A stretch of 64,000 nucleotides of DNA from Isurus oxyrinchus (lineage: Eukaryota), in NCBI GenBank assembly GCA_026770705.1, contig JANJGN010000031.1, positions 1,054,001 to 1,118,000 on the forward strand. The letters are read 5' to 3'. Both the position numbers and the translations under genes were made by a program. The notes beneath the pieces are model-generated. The model made no database searches. It was given only the letters and a program-made list of their open reading frames with translations, and was not told the DNA's origin. Shown here in pieces: positions 38,081 through 50,258 of the stretch (positions within the stretch are counted from its first letter, which is position 1; each line of letters starts with the position of its first letter).

Positions 38081-40452
38081 ACATCATTAGTCAGTAATGT
38101 CATGAAATCCAACACAGATGCTGGTCCTAAATGGGACCAGAAATTTCAAGAAACATACACATGATACAAAGTCGAATTGGGAATCACAAATAGGCCAGGG
38201 ACACGCAACGGATACAGGACCTAAAGAGACACCAATATTTGGAAGGACAGCACAACAGACACTTAAGCATGAAAACAGAAAGTGGTGGAAAATACTCAGG
38301 AGATCCGGCAGCATCTGTGGAGAGAGAGAAACAGAGTGAACTTTTCAAGGCCAGTATTTCGGAAGGAGAGCATTTTGTACTAATATAGAATTGAGGGTAC
38401 AGGGGACAGCAAAGATGTGGATGTGTGTGAGAGGTGACAGCACATCCAAGTAATTATAGATATCACGCTCGAATGGAGGTTGCAATACAGAGTAGTGAGG
38501 GGAACAATGAATACATGTTAGTAAGCTCACGTTATTGGAGCGACTGGTGCCAGACGCACATGTTTAGGCCTCTATTTCATTGTTTAATGTTTTGTTTTCA
38601 TTCATGATTGGGAATGTGCCTGGGAAAAATACAAAATTTATTGTGCATCTCTATTGGCATTGTGAAGGCGGTGATGAGCCAACACAGTGCGTGTCAATTA
38701 TATTTTTACTTGGCAGCTTTAAGGTTTGCTCGTGCATTTCGGAGACAACCACATTGTTGTGAGCTTGGACTCACTGACCAGGCCAGATAAGAGAACCAGG
38801 TTTCCTTCCTTAAAGAGCTTTAGTGAACCAGATGGAGTTCTGTGACAATCCATTAGCTACATGATCACTATTACTGAAAATAGTGTATTAATGTCAATCC
38901 CAAATTCATTTAATTAAAATTGCATTTCCTGCCAACTTATCTGAACTCATGTCTCACGACTATTAGCCCACGTATCTAGACTCCAAGTCTAGTCTACGCA
39001 AGTAACTTACTCTTTAAGGTAATTACTCCCCTCAGTTGCCGTGGTGAAAAAATGCAATGTACGTGGGTTTGTTCTGCAATTACCGTGTGATGTTCTGCAT
39101 CGTCTGACATTAGACCCATGCAGCAGGCTGAATTTGTATTCATTTTGCACCTGTTGATCTATTTTAACATTGGAAGCTGTACTCTGCTTACCGCACATGC
39201 TGAGAATTAGTTTTATGCCTCTTCTTTCCCTTTGAGAAAGCTATTCATCTGGCCCCACTCTTAATACATCGCCCTGCAAGAATATATCGAGTTCCTTTTT
39301 TGAAGTTACTATTCATTTTCTAGCACCCTTTCAAAGAATGCACTGCAAACCATAACATAACTGTCACTTCTTTTCTGCAAGTCACCTCATTTGTCTTTAA
39401 TCAAAGTCCTCTGGTTCCCGACTCTAATTCCAGGGAAGCAGTTTCTCCCTTGCTACTCTATCGTAGCCACTAATATTTTTCAACAGCTCTATCAATTTCC
39501 ACGACCTTAAAATTCGTACCTCTAAGGAGAGCAATCGCTGATTCACTACTGTCTCCACAAAAGTGAATTCCCTCAGCCCTGGTACCATTCCAAGTCACTC
39601 ACCATCTTGACTTGGAAATATATCGCCGTTCCTTCACTGACGCATGGTGAAAATCCTGGAGCTCCCTCCCTAACGGTACTCTGGATGCACCTACACCACA
39701 TGGACTGCAGTAGTTCAACAAAGCAGTTCAAGGGCAATTAGGGGATGGGCAATAAATGCTGGCCATACCCATGAATGAATGAAGAAAATGTCTCACGTAA
39801 ATCCTGCATACCGTTGCCAAAGCTTTGATATTCTTCCTAAAGTGTGGTGTCTAAGAACGGGTCACAATACTCCAGCCTCATTCCTGGTACCATTCTGGTA
39901 AATCCCACCTTAGCCACCTATGCTCTAAGGAGACCAATCGCAGTTTCTCTCGTCTTGGCGCCTAATATAGATCCACCACCCCTTGTAACATTCTGGTTAA
40001 TATCCACTTATGCTCCTCTGTTCTGAACGGCATAAGAACAGCTTCTCCAGTCTCTCCATTAGAGAGTGCAATGTAACTCAACCAATCAAGGTTTATGCTA
40101 GCGAGGGGAACCAAGCCCACGTGGTGTCGAAGGCGAAGGATACTTTTTGAAGAAGAGATATGGACAGCGTCAATCAGTTTCCTTTCAGGAATACACCGAA
40201 TAACAGTCACAGAATCAGTTCCACTTTTTTATTTTCGTGAATGTATCCAGGTGAACATATCTAAAACAAATGAAATGTATTTATTGTAGACTTGTGTAGG
40301 ACCAAAAACACTATTCGTTTTTCGGCCTGGAGACTAATTGAAAAGGCACATGTGCAAGAGTGAGCCTTTATGTAACCTGGCGTTGTTGTTGTTTGATAAA
40401 GGCCTGCCCTTTGTCAGACTGCCTACCTTTCTTACTGTCTCTGTATGTTTCA

Positions 40453-40612
40453 CTATCTATCTGCCTATCNNNNNNNNNNNNNNNNNNNNNNNNNNNNNNN
40501 NNNNNNNNNNNNNNNNNNNNNNNNNNNNNNNNNNNNNNNNNNNNNNNNNNNNNNNNNNNNNNNNNNNNNNNNNNNNNNNNNNNNNNNNNNNNNNNNNCTA
40601 TTTATCTACCTC

Positions 40613-40653
<41 letters not shown>

Positions 40654-40712
40654 GTCTGCCTGCCTGTCTGTCTATCTGTCTATCTGTCTATCTATCTACC
40701 TTGCTATCTATG
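40453..40712. repeat. (TCTA)n/(TCTG)n microsatellite spanning an assembly gap
   Basis: 128 N at 40470-40597, flanked by TATC repeats. Confidence 0.95.
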
Positions 40713-41974
40713 TGTACATCAGATCTCAGGGCAGTAACCCAAGCATACTGGACAACAGGTTACAACAGAAACGAACACATTTCATACTGATGTTCATCTT
40801 GAGCACCAGTAAGAACGATGAGATGAAGGGGATGAAAGTGCGCTAGAAATAAAGGTGGAAATGCTGGGCATTTGTTTGATTGAAAGAGAGAAGGAAAATG
40901 TCGTAGGCACGAGCTGAATAAAGAACAAGAAATATAGGGGAATGCAGGGCGAAGTGATTTAAGGAAAAGCACCAAGAAAGAAAGGAAGAAATAAATAAAA
41001 AAATGAGAGAAGATGAAACAAGAGGCAGAAAGAAAAACAAAGAGTTGATGAATGAAAGCAAGTAAGAAATATGGAAAGAAAGGCAAAGGGCCAGAGGAAG
41101 CAATAAAGATCAGCAATGAAAGAGAAATAAGAAATGACATGAAAGGAAAAACAGGAAATATTGGTCGAAGCAAAGAAAGGTAGATAGGTAGAGGGACGTT
41201 TGAGTGGGCGAAAGAAAGAAGAGACATTTTTTAAAAAGTGGAATTAAAGAAGGACAGTAATGGGAAATATAGACAAAAGGACAGATCAATAGGAATAAAG
41301 ACTTGAAGAGGGGAAGCATGGCTAAGTGAAATAAAAAAAGCAATGTTAAAGAAGGAACTTCAGCTCCAAAAATGTTAACCAAGCAGCCACTTTGAACCGC
41401 ATGGAGGTGGAAGGAGCCCAGAGATACCTCGGAGAATATGAAAGGACAACAATTCAGTCACCTGTCCTCCAAACTGAAAGCACCACCATGGCAGGCAGCA
41501 CATTCGCTTAAACCACAGAGGGAAACTCGGGGACAATGACCTACTTTAAAACCCAGGCTGTCAGCGGAAAGCTGAACCACATCATCTGAAAACTCAGACA
41601 CCGCTGCTTTCATTTCACTTCATTCCGTGCAGCTGTGAGATATATTTTTTGTGCAGTTTGGGTATTGTTTTGAGTAAACATTTTCCAGAGATGTCGGATC
41701 AACCTTCGGAATGTTACTGGACATGAATTTTAGAACAAAACATCAGTTGATTTTGGCACTCAAACAGTTGATTGCTTTGACAAGCTATGAATACTTTCTC
41801 CAATGCTATAGAATATGCGCAAACCTTTGCTCGGTTCTCCTTTCTCTCATTGACAACATCCACTGCTGCTGCTGATATTTTTGCATTTTGTGTGTCCATT
41901 GAAGTAAGGAATCGGAATGGGTTGCGTGTTGGTTGCAGTCAAATAATTGGAAAAGTGAACAGATTCAGGGGCCA

Positions 41975-42555
41975 GAAGGAGGGAGAGGAAGAGAGAGAGA
42001 ATGAGAGAGAAAGAGGTAGAGAGAGGGTGACAAAGAGAGACAGGGGCAAAAGGAGAGATGAAGTGATAGAAAGATAGAGATGGAGACAGAGCGAGAGGCA
42101 GAGAGAGAGAGAGAGGAAGCGAGAAAGAAACAGAGGCAGATACATGCTGAGAGGGATGGTGAGAGAAAGACAGAGAGAGAGAGAGAGACATACAGATAGA
42201 TGAACAGGGAGTCAGAGATCAGGGAAATAGAAAGTTAGTGAGAGACAAAGCGAGGTAGAGAAAGAGAGGGAGAGAAACAGGGGAGAGACAGAAGGCTGGA
42301 TATGGAAAGGAAGAATGAAAAACAGAAGAATAGGGGAAACAATATATCAACCTAGAAAGTGAAAGGGAATGAAAGATGTAAGAAATAGAAAGAGAGAAGG
42401 AGTCAGGGAGCGAGGACCAAGAATGAAATGGACAGGGAAAGATGGTGGATAGATATGCAATGAGACATAGAGGGAAAGAAAAGAATTAAGGAGGCAGAGG
42501 GAGAGAGAGAAGAAGAAAACAGTGAGAGTGAAGCAGATGGACAGGAGAAGAGAAT
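41975..42555. repeat. GA-rich low-complexity tract
   Basis: Degenerate (GA)n; similar tracts at 31690-31930 and 40850-41360. Confidence 0.85.
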
Positions 42556-45211
42556 GAGTTATGTTTCTTCGTGATATCCCTTGATATTCTTATACAATAA
42601 CAGCTATCAATAGTCTATCTGCATTTGTAAGATTATTTGTAAATATTATGCAAAGCTCTTGGGATGAAACTCAAATAATGATGAGGAACACTGGTCTCTT
42701 TGTAGAAATTTTCTACTTATTCCTTAAACGATGCATAAGTAGAGAAAAAGCACAAAATAACAAGCGACCTATCGATACTAGAAAAACTGAGAACCCTGTA
42801 ATCTATTATATACGATTCTGTTCTCCGTTTCTTTCTACAATCTATTGGGTAAATTCTGGCAAGACTATTTTCGAATTAATGAGAAAGGGAAACGTACATG
42901 ACCTGTCGCAGTAACGGGGCTATGAGTTACAAGTGGTCTTCTATTACTTAACAGCGGACACAGATTTACCAAAATGACCCTCTGGTTGAGGAGCTTGAGT
43001 TGCAGAGAGAGAGTAGAGAAGAGGTTATTTGGAACTAATGGTTGACACTTTCAAGAGCATGCACATGCACGATGGGCTGAATCGCTTCCCTTTGTGCTTT
43101 AATGTCTGTTACTATATTTGAAGTTGAGAAGAACCCAAGCATTGGCAATCGACACTCAGTAGAATAATCGAACAAAGCTTGTATTTTCCCCAGAATTTCA
43201 CCTATTCAAATAACGGGAACTTAAAGAAATGAGAAGATGAAAGTATATTTTCATGTAGAAAGGGCAGGACAGGGCATACATTTGTTCCATTCACGTCCTT
43301 GGTGCTGATGGAGACTTAGTGTGATTCGCCAAAGTTACATCAGGCAGCGGGAATGGGTGAGGTGAAATTTACCCTACAGGCATTTACAATATTGCTGTTT
43401 TTCTGTCCCTCCTCTTTCGTGTGTTCTGTCGTTTATCAGTTGATTGAGTTCATTACTTTGTGATGACCAGTCAGACTTTCACTATAATGTGTCTATTATA
43501 CAATAAGAAAGCAGACAGCTTTATTATCATCAGAGAATCATATAATGACACAGAACAGAAAGAGACCACCCGGACTAATGTGCAATTATTAGCACTTTGA
43601 AAGAGCTACCCAATTATTCCCAATTCACTTCTTCCACATTGCCCTGATCCAGCCCCTGCTCAAGCAGCTATCCAGCTCTCATTCGAAAATTAAAATTTAA
43701 TCTGCATCCACCGACCTTACAGGCAGTACATTCCGGATCACCACAATTCGCTGCATAATAAAAGCGCCCTTATCCCTCTCTCTCTGCTTCTTTCACCGAT
43801 TATCTTAAATCTGTGTGTACTGGTAACCAGGACTGCTGCTATTGGAAACAGTCTCTCCCTATTTACTGTATTAAAACTCCTCATGATTTGAAACACGTCT
43901 ATAAAACCATCCTTCAAAATTCATTGCTCTATAGAGAACAATCCCAGCTTCTCCAATCTCTGCATCGAACTGAAGTATTCGATGCCTGGAACTTTTCAAT
44001 TAAATCTCCTCCTGCACTCTCTCCAAGATCTTGACAGATCATATTGCCACGCCTCATTATTCCGTCTAAAATGTGTCAATTCGCTTTTCTCTGCATTAAA
44101 GTGCATCTACCAACTGTCTGCCCATATCACCAGTCTGGAAATGTCCTGTAATCGTAGCACCTAGGGAGCGCAAGACTGCTGGAGGGTCAGTATTGAGGGA
44201 ATGCTGGACGGTTGGAGGGTGAGTACTGAGGGATTGTTGCACGGTTGGAAGGTTTAGAACTGAAGACCTGCTGCACTGTCGAAGGTTCAGTGCTGTGGGA
44301 GGCTGCACTGCCTGAGGATGAGTCATGAGGGAGGCTGCACTTTCGGATGGGATCGGTACTGAGGGAATGCTACAACGTCAGGGAGTCAGTACTGAGGGAC
44401 TGATGAACTATGGCAGGCCAGAACTGAGGGAAGAACCGGCCAGTCCTATTCCACTGCTTTATCTACGAGGCCTCAAAGTTGATTTCACTCAACTGCACAT
44501 CAAATTTCCTTTTGAAATTATTGATCGTGTCAGCATCCACAATCAGCGATTTCAATGTTATTGCCACTTCCTGTGTTGAAAAAGATCGCCATCCTACCCT
44601 CGCCCCCACTCTCCCCACGTGTCTTTTGCACAAAATCTCGATCTACTCCTTTTACCATCAGCTAATTGGAATAGTTGCTCTTTGTCTACATGAAGTAAAC
44701 GTGCCAGAACCGTGTACAGTTCCATCACATCGCCCCACAGTCTCCTTTGCTCCAAAGAGAACAGCCCCAACTTCCCCAACCAAAACGTTGTTGTTAAAAT
44801 CCTTCATCACCAGAAATACTCTGGTAAATATCCTCTGCACCTTCCCATGGACCCTCTCATCCTTCCAAAGTGTGTTGTCCAACACCATAGATTGCTGAAA
44901 GAATTGGAAAGAAGAACAATAAGTTAGCAAGTTAGCATGAGAATATTTTATGTGATCACTATGCATATGTAGATAGATGTGCGTCACAGTGCCCTCTGGT
45001 ATATTGTGGGAGCCGTTTTAATTGCGTCTTAACATGAGGTACATCGTAATTTGCACACAGTCTTATGTATTTCTTGCATTATTTGTTCAGTTAGTAATTG
45101 ATTTGCTGAATCCTCCACATGGTTTATTCAGAAGAAGACAAGGTTTACAGAAATAAATGTATGTTATTTGCAGCTAAAGTAAAATAGTATGTGTTTCACT
45201 CGTGGGCCTAC

Positions 45212-45539
45212 CAGCATTGATGGTTAACATTGGACTTGTTGCATTCGGTTGTATTCCTTCAGCATAGTGTGCATTCGACATACTTGGACCTGACGCAATC
45301 TTAGACCTCGAGCCTCCAGCGACTGCTGATGCTGTAGGATTCGTTCCTTTTCCTTCAGATGAAATTGACGTCAGCCTGAGTGCTTTTATCGTTGGCCTGC
45401 TTTCCCTCGCCATCGACAATCCATCGAATCTTGATGTTATCAGGATAGTAGCCAATTACAAGACGATCACCCCTTTCTCTTTAATATCTTCTGGAGAGGG
45501 TCCAAAGACAGCCAACTTTAACATTCTTAATCTCATGTT
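45212..45539 (-). pseudogene. TRBC: TCR beta constant region exon 1 pseudogene
   Basis: Across frameshifts it reads EHEIKNVK/AVFGPSPEDIKEKG/RLVIGYYPDNIKIRWIVDGEGKQANDKSTQADVNFI*RKRNESYSISSRWRLEV*DCVRSKYVEC/HYAEG..LTINA. Phase-1 GT donor at 45211-45210; acceptor reads TG. VFxPSxEEI, FYPD, W, YSxSSRLR and C are C-beta hallmarks. Confidence 0.9.
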
Positions 45540-46649
45540 CAGTGTAGAACTTAAACAACAATAAATGGTGAGAATTAAATCACTATGCGAATTTTAATCA
45601 GTGAAGCCTTTCGGACTTGGAACAATTTACTTCCTGGAAATTCCAATGTTTCCTGACCACAATGGTATTCGTTACTAATAAAGCACCTAATCAGATGTAA
45701 ACTGGGAATGCATTGCACCTTTTAACCAAGAACGGCGAAAGCCGACAATCTGAACCATTCCTTGGTCAATTGATGATGTGAGGTTTGTTTACCTATCGAT
45801 CGGAAAAGCTTTATCTGAATTCAGGTCCAACTTGTTTTCAATTTACTGGACTGTCAATCCATCCATTGCATTATCCAGGGCCCTTTCCAATCTCACTCTT
45901 GCCTTTTCCCCGGAATGCAATCTTAAGTTTAGGCAGTGCAGTAATGAAACGGTACCGCAAAGAGGAAGGATATTCGGCCATGGTGTGCGTGCTGGTTCTT
46001 TGGCAATCCATTTAATTAATCCCATTCCCTAGCTTGCTCTTCTGCCATATTTCTGCATACGATTTTCGGTAATTTTTCTCCATTTCCATTGTGAAAGTTC
46101 CTTTTTCTTATTTGTTCTTGGGATGTGAGCATCACTGGCAAGGGCAGTAATGTTGCCTCTCCCCCCTCCCAAATTCTTCCCGAGATCGCCCGACATCTGA
46201 GTAGCTGCTAGACCATTTCAGAGGGCAGAAAAGAGTCAACGACGTTGGTGTGGGTCTGGAGTCTAATATGGTCCAGGCCGGGTAAACCCGGCAGATTTCG
46301 TTCCTAAAGGGCATTGGGTTACAAGGTGGGTTTTACGGCAATCTAAAAATTTAATGGTTTCCAGTACTGAGTGAGACTAGTGGTGAATTCCTGATATATT
46401 AACTAACTGAATCGAAACTCCGCAGCTGCGATGGCGCCATTTGAATTCTTGTCTTGAAACATTAATTCACGCCTCAGTCACAATTTTCAATGGGCCGGGC
46501 TCAAAGCTGACTTTTGGCCCCACTCTCGGGATTCGCTTCTCTGTTGTTTATCTTTTATTATGTATTTTTCTTCATCAGTTTGATTTTTGTTTATCGATTA
46601 TTCATCTGTATGCTTTTATTATAAGAACATGATAAATGCAACGGCAACT

Positions 46650-48660
46650 TCTACTTCCATTTCACCTTCTCTGCCCTAAGGAAAACAAACTCAGTTTGTC
46701 TCACCACTCGATAGAAATGAAATCCCTCAGCCTCGGCAGCATTCTAGTAAACCTCTGCGATGCCCTCTGCAAGGCCTTGTGGCCAATAATTGGCCGTAAT
46801 ACTTCAGCCCAGACCTAACCAAGGCTTAATAACGGCAAAACCACTTTCATGTAGCTCGCGCCCTTGATGCAGTTTAGCGGAAGAGCAAATCAGACAGCAA
46901 TTGGATATGGAGTCAAATACGAAATTACGAACATACGATTGAGGAGCATTCTATTCTATACCCCTTTGCAGACTCATTGTCTCCCTTTCGGAATTTACTT
47001 TCCTATCTACCTTTGTGTTCTCAACAAATTTAACCATACATCATGTCTCTTTATTCAATGATGCAATTAGTAAATAGTTGAGGCTCCATTGCTGAGCCCT
47101 GTTCCACCCCACTAGTTATAGCTTGCTAACCCGGAATACACTCATTTGCCCATACTCCCAGCTCTCTCTTAGCGAGCTAATCCTCTATCCAGGCTATTAT
47201 GTTGACCCTTACACCATGACCTCTTTGTTTTGTGTAGAATCTTTAATGTGGCAGCTTATCAAACGTCTTTTTGAAATCCAAGTGCACCGCATTTACACCT
47301 TCCCCCTTAGCCACGTTGCTTGTAGTTCCTTAAAGAAATTAGCCAAACTTGATATGCCTTTCACAAAAGCATGTTGATTTTACCTGATTGCATTAAGATT
47401 TTGTATTTGCACTTTCATACCCTCCTTAATAATAGATTCTTCCATTTTCCCAAAGACAGATGTTAGGCTAACTGGTCTGCCGTTCCCTTTCTGTCTCCTT
47501 CCTTTCTTAAATGGAGGACTTACATTTGTTATTTTCCAACCTGATTGGCTCTTTCCAGAATCTAGGGAATTTGAGAAAATTACAACCAATGCATCTGCTT
47601 CCTCAGAGGCCAGTTCTTTTAAGGCCGGAAGGTGCGGGCCAACAGATCCAGGGGCTTATCAGCCTTTAGGTCTAATAGTTTTCTCAGTGACTTTTCCCTG
47701 GTGACTGCAATTATTTTAAGTTGCCCCTGTCTTTTTGCTCCTGATTTAAAGTATTTATGTGAGGGTATGTGTGTATCCTATACTGAAGACAAACACACAA
47801 TTTCTATTCAATGTTTCTACCATTTCCTTATTTCCCATTATTAATTCTCCAGACTCACTCCCCAGAGGAGCCATGCCCACTGCCATTGTTATTTTCCTCT
47901 TAAACACTTGTAGAAGCTTTTACTATCTGTTTATTACAATTCTAGCTAGCAATCTCACATATTATGTTTTCTCACTCCGTAGGTTTTACTAATTCTTTGT
48001 TGGTTTTTAAATTCTGCCTATTCATCTGACCTGCTGCTAAGCTTCACATAATTGTCCGCTTCTTCTTTAAATTTCACACTGCCTTAAATTATTTAGTTAT
48101 CCACGGATGGTGTAACCTTCCCCTAACGTCTTACTTTCTCACTGAGCGTTATGTAATCTCTCCTTAATATCTGCCACTGCATCTCTCCTCACCTTAACTT
48201 AATTTCCAAGTTCATTTCAGCCAGCTCAGTCTTCATACCCTCGTATTTGCCTTTATTTAAAGTTAAAACACGAGTCCTTGAACCACTCATCTCTCCCTCA
48301 AACTGAATGCGAAATTCAATCGTGTTATGATCGCTGCTATATGCTCTAACGATATAAGGTCATTAATTAATCCTGGCTCATTGCACACTGCCAGGTCTAG
48401 AATAGATTGCTTTCGGGTGGGGCATAGAACGTGCTGCTCTAAGAAATTGTCCAAAAAACACTACGTGAATTAATTTTCCAGGCTATCTTTTCGGATTTGA
48501 TTCGCCTAATCTATCTGTGGATTAAAATCACCCATGATTATTGCTGTATCTTTCTTAGAAGTCCTTATTCTTTCGTACTGTCTACCCTATCCAACAGTGT
48601 ACTTATTGCTAAGGACCTAGAGACTAATCCCACAAGTCACTCCTTGCGTTTGTATTTGTT
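46650..48660 (-). mobile_element. Decayed CR1 ORF2 fragments
   Basis: IFSNSLDSG..WKITNVSP.FKKG..RPVSLTSV motif at 47380-47589, plus endonuclease-like sequence. Confidence 0.75.
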
Positions 48661-49392
48661 ATCTCTGCGCCCTGGCTGCTGATCCACCGGCAGTGCATCA
48701 CTCCCTCTTTAGTTTCCTACGGTAGTGCAGCCCTCCCTCTGAACTGCGTCCCCACAATTGCATCGTTCCGTCAGTACTGACGCTCCGACGTTGCCATGTT
48801 CTATCAGTAGAACCATTGAGAAAGACAATATGGATTTTATATTCAACTCTGCGGCGTGAAAACTGAATCTGGCCGCGACTGGCTCACAAGTGACAGGACT
48901 ACCAACTGAAACACATGTGACAACCAAACCCACATCTCCTCCAAGGTCCAATTGGCTGATATTGGTCTGTTAAGCGACCTTTTTAAATAAAGCGTCACTT
49001 TAGAAATCCTCAATCATGGAGCTGCAATGGAGGCGGGGTTCTTTGTTTTTACTTTGTTTCATATTTAACCGGGTATTAGCCAATTAAAGTTGTTAGATAC
49101 ATTGGCGAAAGCGGAGCGGTAGATGTCACAATGGCCTCAATAATACAGGCAGATATTTGATTTCCTTCTGCTTTCTGGGCCCCTGGTGCTGCAATTCCCT
49201 CCCTAAACGTTTCACCTTCTCTCTACCTGTAAGACGGTCCACCAAAGCTACCAAGCAACCATAACAGCTCCTTCTCTGACCCGATGTGATTGTTGGTTCA
49301 TATAACCTCCTTGGAAAGTTTTGATTACGGGCATCGATGTTGCTATATAAATGCAAGTTTTTGTTTCGTTACAACCCCTTGTGGGTATGGTG

Positions 49393-49431
49393 AGTTTTTG
49401 AACTGAAGACTCTCTTGCTTGCACCTCTGTG
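49393..49431 (-). other. 23-RSS
   Basis: CACAGAG (49431-49425) - 23 bp - TCAAAAACT (49401-49393). Confidence 0.92.
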
Positions 49432-50101
49432 GTGCTACTGGCAGCACAGTAATAGGTCCCCTCATCTTCTGGCTTCGCCCCGGTTATATTCAGGATAATG
49501 TTTTTCATATCCTTCCTCGTCGCTTGGTACCTATCAGAGACGCCGCTTTCTTTTTCTATGCCGGTGTTGTAGCTGTATGAGCGTAAAAGCAGTCGCAAAC
49601 TCCCGGCTTCCTTTTGTTGGTACCAGTACATGTACTCCAGCGATTGACTTTGCCGGCAGTTGAACTCCGCACTTTTCCCGGTTTCAACGGACAGTCTCGT
49701 TGTTGATTGGGAGATCTGGTGCTCGCCCTGACAAATCACATCTGCAACAGAAAAAAAGGAATTAAGTTTAAAGGGGTGGCTGGGAACGTTGTGGAAAGCA
49801 GATCAGTGGCGCTCCTGTTAATAATGAGCAAATGGCACAGCAACATCATGGAATGAATACATAGGAGGGTAATTGGCAATAACCAAAATCTGCTCTTCCA
49901 GAGTCTACGCTCCACCATTACCTCCCACAAAATTGCGTTTCCCCGACTGGCCCATCGCTGAAGGCAGGAAGTTCAACTTCTAACATTCAGTTAAAAACTT
50001 TCAATTTCTGTGATAATAAACTCATATAACGGGGTCATAGGATCAAATGACTTACATGGCAGCAATACGACAATGATGCATGAATCGAGACCCAAATACA
50101 T
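49432..50101 (-). CDS. TRBV: Intact TCR beta-type V segment (leader 50101-50056, V exon 49741-49432)
   Basis: Leader MYLGLDSCIIVVLLP followed by GTAAGT; pyrimidine tract and AG at 49743-49742. V exon ..QISQS..AEFNCRQ..YMYWYQQ..ILNI..EDEGTYYCAASS has no stops. Confidence 0.93.
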
Positions 50102-50252
50102 TCTGCGCAGATAGTGTTCGTCTCCGACTTTTGTTTTCCTGCTTGTTCTATAGCTTGCTGATTGTATCAACGGGCGATATTGCAGTTGCAACCTTATCAG
50201 AGGGAAGGATATTAAAGCGTCGTATGCGACTGATCAGTTCGTCTGATGCGCC

Positions 50253-50258
50253 TTTATA
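50253..50258 (-). promoter_or_regulatory. Candidate TATA box of the minus-strand V
   Basis: TATAAA about 150 bp upstream of the leader ATG. Confidence 0.35.

Noticed and set aside
40338-42191. Long hydrophobic or charged ORFs in the ORF track
   Set aside because: They are translations of microsatellite or low-complexity DNA and the N gap.
44985-44991. Isolated CACAGTG heptamers (also at 12288 and elsewhere)
   Set aside because: No nonamer at 12 or 23 bp; expected by chance.
45020-45085. KL..YLML resembling the C-beta transmembrane exon
   Set aside because: Weak similarity, and only ~20 bp from the putative connecting-peptide exon, too short for an intron.
45785-45960. Possible decayed J segments upstream of the pseudo-C (donor-like AG|GTAAAC at ~45792)
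   Set aside because: Translation and RSS are too degenerate to distinguish from chance.
46485-46550. J-like FNGPGSKLTFGP on the plus strand
   Set aside because: No true FGxG, no 12-RSS, no donor, and wrong strand for the pseudo-C.
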